From assembly GCA_965219995.1 (NCBI GenBank), contig CBDCOX010000002.1, positions 4,928,001 through 4,992,000 on the forward strand: a stretch of 64,000 bases of DNA, written 5' to 3'. The translations under genes and the position numbers were made by a program. The stretch is from Candidatus Latescibacterota bacterium (lineage in GTDB: Bacteria > Latescibacterota > UBA2968 > GCA-2709665). The stretch's first letter is position 1; every line of letters starts with the position of its first letter. The notes beneath the pieces are model-generated. The model had not been told where the DNA came from, ran no database searches, and worked only from the letters and a program-made list of their open reading frames with translations. Positions 30,402 to 41,880 of the stretch are shown piece after piece.

Positions 30402-32092
30402 TCGGGTTTGCGACCTGCCGGACCCCGTGGATTCGCTGCAACGGTTCCGTTGCCGGCGGCTTCATCGTGCTCCTTTCGATCCTGATTTCCTGGGGACGGG
30501 CCGAGTGTCGCGTGGTGATCAGCGAGGTGATGTTCGATCCATCCGGCAGCGAGTTCTACGACGAATATATCGAGATACAGAATACCGGCGACGGACCGGT
30601 GGATCTGGCGGGGTGGAGAGCCGGGGACGGCGACGAGGCGGACGAGCTTGTCTTCGAGGGCGGCGGGTCCGTGCTGCAGCCCGGTGCGTTCGGGCTGATT
30701 CTGGATGCCGGATATTTCGCGAACTCTACCCGTTACGATCCGCTGCCCGCTTCGGCATTGATCCTCACGGTCTCAGACGCCACGCTGGGGAGTTCCGGCC
30801 TGAGCAACTCTGCCCCGGAGCGGGTCGTGCTGGTTTCTTCGTCCGGCGATACCGTTGGCGCGATGGTCTACACCACGGGAAACAGACCTGGCTTTTCGGA
30901 AGAGAAAATCGATCCCGAGGGCGGTGACGCGCCGGATAACTGGATGGATTCAAGATGGGAAGGAGGGACGCCGGGGCGCGCCAACAGCGTCAGCCCCAGG
31001 GACTACGATCTGGCGCTGGCGAGGGTATCGGAATCGCCGTTTCCGGTACCGGCCGGCGTGTCCCGCGATTTTGTCCTGTCGGTGGAAAACCGGGGGCGTC
31101 GGCCGGCATCGGCGTTCTCGGTGGCGGTCGAGGGAATCTCCGGTTGGCGCAGGGATTTTCCGGGCCTGGGGCCGGCGGAAATTCTCCGGATCGAGGCGCC
31201 AATCGGAATCGTACCGCCCGGACAGCACGAATACGTGGCCCGGATCGCGTTCGATGCCGATGAGGAACCGTCGAACAACGAACTGACCTGGACGGTGCTT
31301 GGCGGCGCGGGGCCCGGCGCCGTGGTTGTCAATGAAGTCATGGTTTCACCCGAGGAAGGGGATCCGGAATGGGTGGAACTCGTCAACCGTTCAGGGCAGT
31401 CGCTGGACCTCATCGCATGGCGAACAGACGACGCTGCGTCCTCCGGTGGGACGTTCGGGCGCGAACCCCTTCTGCTGGCGCCGGATGAGTTCCTGGTGGT
31501 GGCCGAGGACATTGACGGGTTCTACAGCCGGTTCCCCGATCGGACCGTTCGCGTTGTTGCGCCCGGGCGGTGGGCCCGCCTGAACGACAGCGGGGACGCC
31601 GTGGTCGTTCGGGATGCGACCGACGGGGTTGTGGACAGGATGTCGTACGTCGAGGCGCCTGTGGAAGGGCGGTCGCTCGAGCGGATTTCTTGGTCGGGTT
31701 CCGGCGATGACCCTCAGAACTGGTTGGCGAGCACCGACATGGACGGTGCGACGCCGGGCCGTGAAAACAGCGTGGCGCAAGGAAGCGATATCGACGCCGT
31801 CCAGCTCCTTGCCGAGCCCAATCCGTTTTACGATCGGGTGGAAATACGCTATCTTCTTCCAGCCCCGCGCGCGGATGTGAATCTCTGGGTTTACGACAGG
31901 TCCGGCCACCCGGTCAAATCGCTCCTGAATGCCGCGGAAGGCGGAAGCCGGCGAAGCGTGACCTGGGACGGGACGGGTGACGACGGGGCGCTGTTGAAGC
32001 CGGGCATTTACATCTTATTTTTGGAGACTTTGCTGGAAGGCCGTATCTTTAGGACCAGAGCCCCCGTTGTGTTTGCGAGAGGACTCCAGTGA
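30398..32092 (+). CDS. Exported protein with two lamin-tail domains, a CARDB-like region and a FlgD-Ig-like C-terminus
   Basis: VVISEVMFDP...EYIEIQNTG and VVVNEVM...EWVELVN; TPGRANS/TPGRENS; PNPF...WDG...PGIYI. Confidence 0.8.
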   Translation: MIGFATCRTPWIRCNGSVAGGFIVLLSILISWGRAECRVVISEVMFDPSGSEFYDEYIEIQNTGDGPVDLAGWRAGDGDEADELVFEGGGSVLQPGAFGLILDAGYFANSTRYDPLPASALILTVSDATLGSSGLSNSAPERVVLVSSSGDTVGAMVYTTGNRPGFSEEKIDPEGGDAPDNWMDSRWEGGTPGRANSVSPRDYDLALARVSESPFPVPAGVSRDFVLSVENRGRRPASAFSVAVEGISGWRRDFPGLGPAEILRIEAPIGIVPPGQHEYVARIAFDADEEPSNNELTWTVLGGAGPGAVVVNEVMVSPEEGDPEWVELVNRSGQSLDLIAWRTDDAASSGGTFGREPLLLAPDEFLVVAEDIDGFYSRFPDRTVRVVAPGRWARLNDSGDAVVVRDATDGVVDRMSYVEAPVEGRSLERISWSGSGDDPQNWLASTDMDGATPGRENSVAQGSDIDAVQLLAEPNPFYDRVEIRYLLPAPRADVNLWVYDRSGHPVKSLLNAAEGGSRRSVTWDGTGDDGALLKPGIYILFLETLLEGRIFRTRAPVVFARGLQ

Positions 32093-32252
32093 CAGCGTCA
32101 TAGCCTGCAGGACCGGCGAATCCCCTGCGCCGGCGTCCCGGAAGCCGATTCGGAATCCCGGTACGCTCCCGATCCCGCGGACGGGTGTCGTTCAGGAGCG
32201 GCCCACGCATACCTTCTCCCCCTGGACGCGACAAGACAAGGGTGGACCTTTT

Positions 32253-34598
32253 ATGAGAAAGGAAACGTACGAAGTCTTCGGCGAACAGGAAGACAAGCCG
32301 GATCTGGTCAATCAGGTCTGCGGGGTTCTGCTGTTCGCGGTCGCGCTGTTGATGGCGGTAAGCCTGGTTACGCATTCCCCTCAGGATCCCCCGAATTCGG
32401 GCCGTGCGCCGGAACTGACGGTGAATATGGCGGGGTGGATCGGCAGCCAGGTCTCCTACTATCTGCTGTTCGCGGTCGGCCATTGCGCGTACGTGCTGGT
32501 CGTCATCGTCCTGATGTGGGGTTGGAACCGTTTCAGAGACCATCCCGCGCTGCCTCTGGTCTCCCGCAGTCTGGTGTTGCTGGCCCTGGTGGTGATTTAT
32601 TGCGGCGCGACGGGTGTGCCTTCGCGAGGGGAGAGCCATCTTTCGTTCCTGATGGGCGGGTGGCTGGGCATTACCCTGGCGTCCAGGGTTCTGGTTCCCT
32701 ATCTGGGTTTCGTCGGGTCGTATATTCTGTTGAGCGCCGTGTTTCTGGTGTTCTTCATGCTGCTGACCGGCCTTCGTTTTTCCCGGATTCCGGACTTGTG
32801 GGCGGCGCGCGCAAAGAGAGACCGGACCGGAGCGAACGGCGAGGCCGCATCCCGCCTCCCGGAACCGGCGCAGCGCCGGGAAACGGAGCGGACGCAGCCC
32901 GTCCTGCCGCCGCAGGAGGACGACCCCTGGAACGAGGCCGGTCCGGAACCCGTCGTCGTACCCGAAGAAACGGCCCCCGAACCGTTTCCCGTTTACGACG
33001 ACGATGCGGATGAACCGGAAGCGGAACCGGCGCCGTCTCTGGATCCCGACATCGTTGCAGACCCCGTGGAAATCGCCCCGGCGTCCCCGGCGAAACGGAA
33101 GTTGGATACGCCGGGAGGCGAAGACGTCGAGTACCGGCTGCCTGACCCGGAACTGCTGAACGAGCCCGCGCAAACGGAAGAGGGGCCCGACCGGTCGGAT
33201 CTGCTGGAAGGGGCGCAGACCCTCGAACACAGCCTCACCAGTTTCGGTATCGAAGGCAAGGTGGTTCAGGTGAATCCGGGTCCCGTCATCACCGGATACG
33301 AAGTGCAGCCGCCGCGCGGGGTGAAGGTGAACCGCATTGTCAATCTTTCGGACGACCTCGCGCTGGTGATGAAGGCGCGAAGTATCCGTATTCAGGCGCC
33401 GATTCCGGGCAAAGCGGCGGTGGGAATCGAGGTGCCGAACGCGAATCCTTCAACCGTCTTCCTGCGGGAGATTCTGGAATCCGACGCCTTTCAAGGCGCC
33501 GACGACGGGCTGATGCTGGCGCTGGGCAAGTCCGCCACCGGAGAATCGGTCTGCACCAGCCTGGCTTCCATGCCCCACCTGTTGATCGCAGGCGCGACCG
33601 GCAGCGGGAAGTCGGTATGCATCAACGTGCTGATCACCAGCATCCTCATGCGGTGCCGACCCGAAGAGGTCCGTTTCATCATGGTGGACCCGAAGATGCT
33701 GGAACTGTCGATCTACAACAGCATTCCACATCTGCTGGCGCCGGTGGTCACGGAACCTCAAAAGGCTTCCGAAGCGTTGCGGTGGACGGTGGCGGAGATG
33801 GAAGACCGCTATCGAAACCTGGCGCAGTACAACGTCCGGAACATCACGGACTTCAACGACAAACTGGAGAAGATGCGGGCGGAGGCGGAGACCGAAGAAG
33901 ACCGTGGTGAGGTTGCCGCGAAGTTGCCCTATATCGTGGTTGTGGTCGACGAACTCGCGGACCTGATGATGACGGCGCCGGCGGACATCGAGGATTCGCT
34001 GGCCCGGCTGGCGCAGATGGCCCGCGCTGTGGGTATCCATCTCATCCTGGCGACGCAGCGGCCGTCTGTCAACGTCATCACCGGAACCATCAAGGCGAAC
34101 TTCCCGTCGCGCATCGCGTTTCGCGTGGCATCGAAAGTGGATTCACGGACCATTCTGGACTGCAACGGCGCCGAGAAGCTTCTTGGCCGCGGCGATATGC
34201 TGTTCATGCCCGCGGGCAAACCGGAACCCGTGCGCGTTCACGGCGCGAATATGACAACCGAGGAGACCGAACGCCTGGTGGAATGGGTGAGCGGACAGGG
34301 CGTGGATCTGGAACAGCTCGATCTGGGCGTGGACGAAAACGAACTGATGCTTGCCGAGGGGACCCGCGACAAACGGTTCGACGAGGCGCTTCGCCTGGTC
34401 GTTACGCACCAGCAGGGTTCGGCCTCGCTGCTGCAGCGCCGGATGAAGGTGGGGTACGCCCGTGCCGCGCGTCTGGTCGATGAACTGGAGCAGGCCGGAA
34501 TCGTCGGGCCGTCGGACGGCAGCAGCAAGGGACGGGACGTGCTGGTGGACATCGAGTATCTGGACCGGCACGACGAGGACGATCCCGATGCGGGTTGA
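32253..34598 (+). CDS. ftsK: DNA translocase FtsK
   Basis: N-terminal TM domain, PHLLIAGATGSGKS, VDELADLM, ATQRPSV, GAEKLLGRGDML, gamma domain LLQRRMKVGYARAAR. Confidence 0.97.
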   Translation: MRKETYEVFGEQEDKPDLVNQVCGVLLFAVALLMAVSLVTHSPQDPPNSGRAPELTVNMAGWIGSQVSYYLLFAVGHCAYVLVVIVLMWGWNRFRDHPALPLVSRSLVLLALVVIYCGATGVPSRGESHLSFLMGGWLGITLASRVLVPYLGFVGSYILLSAVFLVFFMLLTGLRFSRIPDLWAARAKRDRTGANGEAASRLPEPAQRRETERTQPVLPPQEDDPWNEAGPEPVVVPEETAPEPFPVYDDDADEPEAEPAPSLDPDIVADPVEIAPASPAKRKLDTPGGEDVEYRLPDPELLNEPAQTEEGPDRSDLLEGAQTLEHSLTSFGIEGKVVQVNPGPVITGYEVQPPRGVKVNRIVNLSDDLALVMKARSIRIQAPIPGKAAVGIEVPNANPSTVFLREILESDAFQGADDGLMLALGKSATGESVCTSLASMPHLLIAGATGSGKSVCINVLITSILMRCRPEEVRFIMVDPKMLELSIYNSIPHLLAPVVTEPQKASEALRWTVAEMEDRYRNLAQYNVRNITDFNDKLEKMRAEAETEEDRGEVAAKLPYIVVVVDELADLMMTAPADIEDSLARLAQMARAVGIHLILATQRPSVNVITGTIKANFPSRIAFRVASKVDSRTILDCNGAEKLLGRGDMLFMPAGKPEPVRVHGANMTTEETERLVEWVSGQGVDLEQLDLGVDENELMLAEGTRDKRFDEALRLVVTHQQGSASLLQRRMKVGYARAARLVDELEQAGIVGPSDGSSKGRDVLVDIEYLDRHDEDDPDAG

Positions 34599-34687
34599 AT
34601 ACCGGATGTCGAACGGCGAAGGGCGGGCCCCGGCGGCCGAGTGCGCGCCGGGTGGTCAAGGCAGGCAGTGTACGCGAGGGAAGGCGC

Positions 34688-35347
34688 ATGACCGTCGGCT
34701 GGCTTAAATTTCTGTTTTTCGCGTGCGCGGTTCTGTCGCCCGAGGACGCGCGGGGCATGGACGGACGCGAGGTGATTCGCAGGCAACAGCAGCGATATGA
34801 GAAGCTTACGAGCATCAGCGCCCGGTTCAGGAAGAGCCACTTCTGGAAACTCGTGGACCAGAAGACGGAACTGGAAGGCAGCCTGTACGTCCGGAAACCG
34901 AACCAGTTTCGCTTCGAGTCGCGGGTTCAGACGGTGGTGTCCGATGGAGAGCGCGCATGGAACTACACGCCGGAGAACGAACAGGTACTGCTGAGCAGCT
35001 ACGAGCGGGCATCGGGCGACAGGAGTTATGAGAAGCTGCTCTTCGATCTCATTCTGCTTGGAGGGTACGAGGCGCGCTACGACGCGCGGCTTACCGGAGA
35101 GGAGCGCGTTGACGGCAGGCGCTGTTACCGCGTGGAATTGACGGCCCGGGAGGAAGAGAGTTATATCTCCCGTATCCGCCTGTGGATTGACAGAAAGCTC
35201 TGGCTGGTCCGCCGGGCGGAATACCTGAATCTGAACGACGATGTAACCACGTACGAAATCTCCCGATTGAAGGTGGACGGGAAGTTGAAACCGGATCTGT
35301 TCACATTCGTGCCGCCCGGCGGTGTCGAAGTGATCGATCTCAGATAA
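34688..35347 (+). CDS. lolA: Outer-membrane lipoprotein carrier protein
   Basis: Signal peptide, GSLYVRKPNQFRFE...VVSDG, FTFVPPGGVEVID; position after ftsK. Confidence 0.85.
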   Translation: MTVGWLKFLFFACAVLSPEDARGMDGREVIRRQQQRYEKLTSISARFRKSHFWKLVDQKTELEGSLYVRKPNQFRFESRVQTVVSDGERAWNYTPENEQVLLSSYERASGDRSYEKLLFDLILLGGYEARYDARLTGEERVDGRRCYRVELTAREEESYISRIRLWIDRKLWLVRRAEYLNLNDDVTTYEISRLKVDGKLKPDLFTFVPPGGVEVIDLR

Positions 35348-35391
35348 ATCAGAGGTCGGACTCTGTTTGTCACTGAAAGGAGTTGTCGGTT

Positions 35392-36508
35392 ATGGCTGTC
35401 GATCTGCAGGTTACCGATTTGAAATCCGGGTTGGCCGAAAGCCGCGACCGGCTGGAAAATCTACGGAGGTTTCTTTGACCTGGAATCCCGGGAGGCCCGG
35501 ATCGCCGAACTCGAAAGGTCGATGGAGCGTCCGGGATTCTGGGACGATCGGGAACGCGCCAGGCAGACCATCGATGAAGTGAACCGCCACAAGGATTGGG
35601 CAAGCGGGTGGCGCGGGCTGGATGAGCGGCTCACGGAGCTGGAGGAGTTGTACGATCTTGCCCGTGAAGAGAAGGACGACGAGACGCTGCGGGACCTTCA
35701 CCGGGAACACGGGGCCCTGGGTGCGGCGCTTGGAGAGCTTGAATTCCGGCATATGATGGGCGATAAGGAGGATCGGCTGGATGCCATCCTCGCGATCCAT
35801 CCCGGCGCCGGCGGCACGGAATCGGCCGACTGGGCGCAGATGCTGATGAGGATGTACAGCCGTTGGGCCGAACGCCGCGGCTTCCGGGCGGACGTGCTGG
35901 ACCTCCTTCCGGGAGAGACGGCGGGCATCAAGAGCGTGGTCATCGAGATGAAGGGAGAATACGCGTACGGATACCTCAAATCCGAAATGGGGGTCCACCG
36001 GCTGGTCCGGCTTTCACCGTTCGATTCCGGCCGCAGGCGCCACACGTCCTTCGCGTCGGTCTCCGTGTATCCCGAGGCGGAGGGCGATATCGAGGTGGAA
36101 ATCCAGCCTGAGGACATCCGTGTGGATACGTACCGGTCCAGCGGGGCCGGCGGGCAGCACGTGAACAAGACCGACTCGGCCGTACGGATCACGCACCATC
36201 CTACGGGCATCGTTGTTCAGTGTCAGAATGAACGTTCGCAGCACAAGAACCGGAACTCCGCCATGAAAATCCTCAAAGCCAGGCTGTACCAGCACTACAG
36301 GGAGGAGGAAGAGAAGGCCAGGGCGGAGATCGAGAAGGACAAGAAGAAGATCGAGTTCGGAAGCCAGGTCCGCAACTACGTGCTCCATCCCTATCAGCTC
36401 GTCAAAGACCTCCGGACCGGGTTCGAGACATCGGGCGTTCAGGGCGTGATGGACGGGGATCTGGACGGCTTCATGCGGGCGTTTCTGGAACAGAAGGGAG
36501 AGGCGTAA
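35392..36508 (+). CDS. prfB: Peptide chain release factor 2, translated through a programmed +1 frameshift
   Basis: ORF1 MAVDLQ...RRFL ends CTT-TGA-C; the +1 frame continues DLESRE...FWDD; SPF and GGQ motifs. Confidence 0.96.
35464..35479 (+). promoter_or_regulatory. prfB +1 frameshift cassette
   Basis: Internal SD GGAGG, then TTT CTT TGA C. Confidence 0.93.
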
Positions 36509-36612
36509 CCTGCTGGGCAAAGGGCTTGACTTGCCCACATGTATTGATTATGTTATTTTGATTGGTTAATCCCGGCGCTGGTGGTGATTTTTTGATATCG
36601 GGAGGAATCCGT

Positions 36613-38157
36613 TTGGCTCAGGAAGGGGCGTCTTCCGCCCCGGAGACGCAACTGGTTGCCCAGCGTTTGCAGAAGCTGGCGTCGATACGGGAAATGGGCG
36701 TGGAGCCCTATCCGTATCGGTTCGAAGTGACCCATCGCTCCGGGGAGATAAGGGAGGCGTTTCAGACGCTCGAAGGGGACGGGCGGAACGTGTCGGTGGC
36801 GGGGCGGCTCATGGCCAGACGGGACCATGGCCGGTCGGCCTTTGCCGATCTCCTGGACGAAACGGGCAGGATTCAGATTTACGTAAGACGGGATGCGGTG
36901 GGCGAAGCGGCGTTCGATCTTTGGAAATTGCTCGATATTGGAGATTTCGTCGGCGTCGAGGGGCCGGTATTCCGGACCCGCACGGGCGAGATGACGGTGA
37001 AGGCGCAGGCTTTCGAAATGCTTTCCAAGGCCGTGCGGCCGTTGCCGGTGCCCAAGGAAGAGGTGATAGACGGCGAGAAGGTTGTCCACGATGCCTTCAG
37101 CGATCCTGAACTGCGATACCGCCGCCGTTACCTGGACCTGACGTTGAATCCGGAAGTGAAGGACGTGTTCCGGAAGCGGACGGCGACCTTTTCGGCCATT
37201 CGTGATTTTTTCGACGCGAGGGGTTTCCTGGAAGCCGACACGCCCGTTCTGCAGCCGCTGTACGGCGGCGCCTCTGCGCGGCCGTTTACAACGCATCACA
37301 ATGCGCTGGATATGAAGCTCTATCTGCGGATCTCGAACGAGCTCTATCTGAAGCGCCTGATTGTCGGCGGATTTGAAAGGGTCTACGAATTCAGCCGGGA
37401 TTTCCGTAACGAGGGCATCGATCGCACGCACAATCCCGAATTCACCATGCTGGAGGCCTACCAGGCATACGCCGACTACAACGATATGATGTCGCTGACC
37501 GAGTCGCTGTTTGCTTCGGTCGCCAGGTCGGTTACGGGCGCGAGCACGGTTGTCTATCAGGGAACGGAGATCGACCTCAGCCCTCCGTGGCGGCGGTTGA
37601 CCCTTCTGGATGCCATTGCGGAGTACGGCAACGTTCACGTGGCTGACGCGCCGGTTGAAGCGTTGAGGGAGGTTTGCCGAAGCCTCGGACTCGAGGTCGA
37701 TAACGCTGCGCAGCGCGGACATCTGATGGATGAGATTTTCGAGGCGGTCGTACAGCCGCACCTGATTCAACCCACGTTCATTACGGATTATCCCGTGGAA
37801 ATGTCGCCGCTGGCCAAGCGGCACCGGGAAAACCCGGAGCTGACGGAACGGTTCGAGCCGTTCATCTGCGGTTGGGAGGCGGCCAACGCGTTTTCCGAAC
37901 TCAACGATCCGATCGACCAGCGCAAGCGTTTCGAACACCAGGCCTCGCTGCGGGAGAGCGGGGATGAAGAGGCACAGGTTCTCGATGCCGATTTCCTGAG
38001 GGCAATGGAATATGGCATGCCGCCTACGGGCGGGATGGGCTTTGGCGTGGACCGGCTCGTGATGCTCCTCACCAATGCGCGTTCCATCCGGGACGTCATC
38101 CTCTTCCCTCACATGCGTCCCGAGGAAGGCCGTCCGGAGACAGACGGCGATGCGTAG
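36613..38157 (+). CDS. lysS: Lysine--tRNA ligase (class II)
   Basis: YRRRYLDL, GGASARPFTTHHNALD, FRNEGIDRTHNPEFTMLE, YGMPPTGGMGFGVDRL; TTG start after GGAGG. Confidence 0.97.
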   Translation: MAQEGASSAPETQLVAQRLQKLASIREMGVEPYPYRFEVTHRSGEIREAFQTLEGDGRNVSVAGRLMARRDHGRSAFADLLDETGRIQIYVRRDAVGEAAFDLWKLLDIGDFVGVEGPVFRTRTGEMTVKAQAFEMLSKAVRPLPVPKEEVIDGEKVVHDAFSDPELRYRRRYLDLTLNPEVKDVFRKRTATFSAIRDFFDARGFLEADTPVLQPLYGGASARPFTTHHNALDMKLYLRISNELYLKRLIVGGFERVYEFSRDFRNEGIDRTHNPEFTMLEAYQAYADYNDMMSLTESLFASVARSVTGASTVVYQGTEIDLSPPWRRLTLLDAIAEYGNVHVADAPVEALREVCRSLGLEVDNAAQRGHLMDEIFEAVVQPHLIQPTFITDYPVEMSPLAKRHRENPELTERFEPFICGWEAANAFSELNDPIDQRKRFEHQASLRESGDEEAQVLDADFLRAMEYGMPPTGGMGFGVDRLVMLLTNARSIRDVILFPHMRPEEGRPETDGDA

Positions 38158-38839
38158 CCTGCTGGAGGCTGCGGGCCTGGTGAAACGGTACCGGATCGGC
38201 CGTTCCGAAATACAGGTGCTCAGGGGTGTCGCCCTTTCCGTCGCGCAGGGCGAGGTGGTTGCGGTGATTGGCCCTTCCGGCGTCGGGAAGAGTACGTTGC
38301 TCCACATATTGGGCGGGCTGGACCGCCCCACCGGCGGAACGGTTCACGTCGATGGCAACGACGTCTTTGCGCTGTCGGATACGGAACGGGCGCGGTTCCG
38401 AAACGAGTCGGTAGGATTTGTCTTTCAGTTTCACCATCTGCTGAACGACTTTACGGCGGAAGAAAACGTAATGCTGCCCCTGATGATCCAGGGGCGGCCC
38501 GCTTCCGAAGCGCGGACCGCGGCCGGGAAACTGCTGAATGCCGTGGGGCTCTTCGAGCGCCGCGATCATCTGCCCTCGGAACTCTCCGGCGGAGAATCCC
38601 AGCGCGTGGCCGTTGCCAGGGCGCTGGTCGGGCGGCCGAAGCTGGTGCTGGCGGACGAGCCTTCGGGCAACCTCGACGCGGAACACAGCCGGGAATTGCA
38701 CGATCTGATCTGGCGGCTCGCCGGCAGCCTGAAACAGACCTTTGTCATCGCCACCCACGATCAGACGCTGGCCGCGAGGGCCGATCGGATCATTCGGATG
38801 GAAGACGGAAGAATCGTCGATGACGGACGCGGGGGCTGA
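38150..38839 (+). CDS. lolD: Lipoprotein-releasing ABC transporter ATP-binding subunit
   Basis: GPSGVGKSTLLH, GFVFQFHHLL, LSGGESQRVA, ADEPSGNLD. Confidence 0.88.
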   Translation: MRSLLEAAGLVKRYRIGRSEIQVLRGVALSVAQGEVVAVIGPSGVGKSTLLHILGGLDRPTGGTVHVDGNDVFALSDTERARFRNESVGFVFQFHHLLNDFTAEENVMLPLMIQGRPASEARTAAGKLLNAVGLFERRDHLPSELSGGESQRVAVARALVGRPKLVLADEPSGNLDAEHSRELHDLIWRLAGSLKQTFVIATHDQTLAARADRIIRMEDGRIVDDGRGG

Positions 38840-38920
38840 AGCCGGGGCTCGCGGACGGAAGCAGGCAGTCGAGAGGCGGCCCTGCGGCCATAGTTGAGGA
38901 TCCCAGAGGAGACATTTCCC

Positions 38921-41389
38921 ATGAACAGCAGGTTTTCGGATCGGGTGAAGCGAGTGATGCGACTGGTCCGTGAAGAGGCGGCCCGGCTGGGCAATAATCA
39001 CATCAGCAGCGAGCACCTGTTGCTTGGCATCATCCGGGAGGGAAAGGGATCGGCCGTTAACGTGATGTTGAATCTGGGATTGAACCTGGACAAGATCAAA
39101 CAGTCGATCGACGACTATGTCGCGTATTCCGGCGGGTCGATGACCATGGGCGACGTGCCCTTCACGCCGAGGGCAAAGCAGATTCTCGAAATCGCGGCCT
39201 CCGAAGCCAAAGAGATGAAGAGCCAGTACGTTCGAACCTGTCATCTGCTGGTGGCGCTCGTGAAGGACAAAGAGACGATTGCCGCCCAGATACTGGTGGG
39301 ATTTGGCGTCGACTACAAGACCGTGAAGGAGGAGGTGATTGCTGTTTTGCAGGGGAAACCGACGGGTAAACGCGAAAAGAAGAAGAGCAAGACCCCGTAT
39401 CTGGATCATTTCGGCCGCGACCTGACCGAACTGGCGCGCGAGGGCAAGCTGGATCCGGTCATTGGCAGGGAGCGGGAGATTGAACGGGTGTCTCAGGTGC
39501 TCAGCCGGCGCAAGAAGAACAACCCGGTGCTTATCGGAGAGCCGGGGGTGGGGAAAACGGCGATCGTCGAAGGCCTCGCCCAGCGCATCGTGGAACGCCG
39601 CGTGCCCCAGCTGCTGGCGGACAAACGCATGGTTACGCTGGATATGGGCGGCATGGTCGCGGGAACCAAGTACCGCGGTCAGTTCGAAGAGCGCATCAAG
39701 GCGGTCATGAACGAGCTCCAGCAGAGCCAGGAAGTCATTATCTTCATCGACGAGCTGCATACCATCGTGGGCGCCGGGAGCGCCGAGGGGACGCTGGACG
39801 CCTCCAACATGTTCAAGCCGGCGTTTTCGCGGGGCGAACTTCAGTGCATCGGCGCCACCACGCTGGACGAATACCGCAAATACATCGAAAAGGACGGCGC
39901 GCTGGAACGCCGGTTTCAGACCATCCTGGTCGATTCGCCGTCGGTGGACGACGCCATTGATATTCTCAATGGCCTGAAGGAGAAATTCGAGGCTCACCAT
40001 CTGGTAACGTATACGGAGGACGCGGTTGAGAACGCCGTTCGCATGGCCGACCGTTATATCAGCGACCGGCATCTGCCTGATAAGGCGATCGACGTAATCG
40101 ACGAAACCGGTTCCCGCGTACGACTCGGCCGGTTGAATCCGCCCGAAGAGATCAAGACGCTCGAACTCGAAATCGAGGACATTACGCGGCAGAAGAACGC
40201 GGCTGCGAACAGCCAGCAGTTCGAAGAGGCGGCCAAGCTCAGAGACCAGGAGCGGAAGTTGAAGGAACAGGTCGACGAGATGCGCCAGGAATGGGAGCAG
40301 AAGGTCCGCGACGAAGTGGTGGAGGTGACCGAGCAGGATATCGCGGAAGTGATTTCCAGCATGACGGGCATTCCCGCGTTCCGCCTGGCGCAGGAGGAAT
40401 CGGAGAAGCTGCTCCGCATGGGAGAGAAGGTGAAGAGCCGGGTGGTCGGCCAGGACGAAGCGGTCGATACGGTCTGCCGTTCCATCCGCCGGACGCGGGC
40501 GGGGCTGAAAGACCCGAATCGACCCATCGGCACGTTTCTCTTTCTGGGTCCCACGGGCGTGGGCAAGACCTATCTGGCGCAGGCGCTCGCCCGGTACCTG
40601 TTCGATGACGAGGAAGCGCTCATTACGGTGGATATGTCGGAGTATATGGAGAAGTTCGCGGTATCCCGGCTGATCGGAGCGCCGCCGGGATACGTTGGAT
40701 ACGACGAGGGCGGTCAGCTGACCGAAAAGGTGCGCAGAAAGCCCTATTCGGTGGTTCTGCTCGACGAGATTGAAAAAGCCCATCCTGACGTGTTCAACCT
40801 GCTCCTGCAGGTCCTGGACGAGGGGCGTCTGACCGACAGCTTCGGCCGGAAAGTCAATTTCAAGAATACAATATTGATCATGACGTCCAATCTCGGCACG
40901 CGCGACCTGGCCAACGCCGGAGGGCTCGGATTCAAACGGTCCGACAAGAAGAGCATCCGCGAAAAGATGGTGGAGCGCGTTGAGGAGGAACTCAAGAAAA
41001 CGTTCAATCCCGAGTTTTTGAACCGGCTCGACGAAATGGTGGTCTTCAATCCCCTCGAACGGAAAGAGATCATCCAGATTGTCGACCTCGAAATCGCGGA
41101 GATATTCGATCGCCTCAAAGAACGGGAGATCGGCATCAGCCTCACGCCGGGGGCCAAGGCGCTGCTGGCGGAAAAGGGGTACGACCCCACTTATGGCGCG
41201 CGTCAGCTGAAGCGCACCATTCAGAAGCTGGTGGAAGATCCCATGGCGGAAGAGATACTGCAGGGCACGTTCACCGCCGGGAGCGAGGTGCGCATCAGCA
41301 AGAAGGGTGACGGGCTCCAGTTTGTGGATGCCAACGCGGTTGCCGCGAACGCCGAACGGGAAGTGATGGACCGTGTTTCGGAGGAATGA
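38921..41389 (+). CDS. clpC: ATP-dependent Clp protease ATP-binding subunit ClpC
   Basis: Clp-N repeats, [11 protein letters not shown] coiled coil, [23 protein letters not shown] loop. Confidence 0.96.
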   Translation: MNSRFSDRVKRVMRLVREEAARLGNNHISSEHLLLGIIREGKGSAVNVMLNLGLNLDKIKQSIDDYVAYSGGSMTMGDVPFTPRAKQILEIAASEAKEMKSQYVRTCHLLVALVKDKETIAAQILVGFGVDYKTVKEEVIAVLQGKPTGKREKKKSKTPYLDHFGRDLTELAREGKLDPVIGREREIERVSQVLSRRKKNNPVLIGEPGVGKTAIVEGLAQRIVERRVPQLLADKRMVTLDMGGMVAGTKYRGQFEERIKAVMNELQQSQEVIIFIDELHTIVGAGSAEGTLDASNMFKPAFSRGELQCIGATTLDEYRKYIEKDGALERRFQTILVDSPSVDDAIDILNGLKEKFEAHHLVTYTEDAVENAVRMADRYISDRHLPDKAIDVIDETGSRVRLGRLNPPEEIKTLELEIEDITRQKNAAANSQQFEEAAKLRDQERKLKEQVDEMRQEWEQKVRDEVVEVTEQDIAEVISSMTGIPAFRLAQEESEKLLRMGEKVKSRVVGQDEAVDTVCRSIRRTRAGLKDPNRPIGTFLFLGPTGVGKTYLAQALARYLFDDEEALITVDMSEYMEKFAVSRLIGAPPGYVGYDEGGQLTEKVRRKPYSVVLLDEIEKAHPDVFNLLLQVLDEGRLTDSFGRKVNFKNTILIMTSNLGTRDLANAGGLGFKRSDKKSIREKMVERVEEELKKTFNPEFLNRLDEMVVFNPLERKEIIQIVDLEIAEIFDRLKEREIGISLTPGAKALLAEKGYDPTYGARQLKRTIQKLVEDPMAEEILQGTFTAGSEVRISKKGDGLQFVDANAVAANAEREVMDRVSEE

Positions 41390-41613
41390 AAGGGCGCCTG
41401 TCGCGTGGGCGTGTACTGTGATTTTCGCTCGTTTCACTGCGATCATGACCAATTGGGTCCGGACGTACGACCGGGCCCAATTTTGCGGTACGGAACAGTG
41501 GATATATTACAGAGAACACCCTGTACTCTAGATCCTCATACCCTCCTCTGGTGGGGCCTGGACGTCGCCCATTTGCCGCTCCAGGGTACAAATGGAAGCT
41601 GACGACTGCTCTC

Positions 41614-41822
41614 ACTGACCACTGACCACTGCCTTTACGGGGCCGGGAGGTGAGGGCGCCTGAAATCGGTGAGACGGGAGACGGGAGACGGTAGAAGACG
41701 TCATTGCCTGACTGGATGTTCCTATATGCCTTTGGCAAGCAATGAAACCGCACGGCGCAATCATATCATCTCACGTCTAACGTCTACCCTCTCACCGCCT
41801 TTAACTGACCACTGACCACTGC
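41614..41822. repeat. Family D composite MITE-like element (inverted relative to other copies) flanked by a 19-bp direct repeat
   Basis: GAGACGG/CGTCTA heptamers around a conserved core; ACTGACCACTGACCACTGC at 41614-41632 and 41804-41822. Confidence 0.75.
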
Positions 41823-41880
41823 TTATCGTGATGGCAGGAACTTTTGGGTTGACGGAGCGTTTGTTCGATGTGGGCCCGGG

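Noticed and set aside
35392-35521. Apparent truncation or pseudogenisation of prfB
   Set aside because: It is the well-known programmed +1 frameshift (SD plus CTT TGA C); neither broken nor novel
36553-38331. 592-aa minus-strand ORF
   Set aside because: Antisense shadow of lysS
38096-41452. 1118-aa minus-strand ORF
   Set aside because: Antisense shadow of lolD/clpC, expected with GC-rich codon bias; no recognisable motifs
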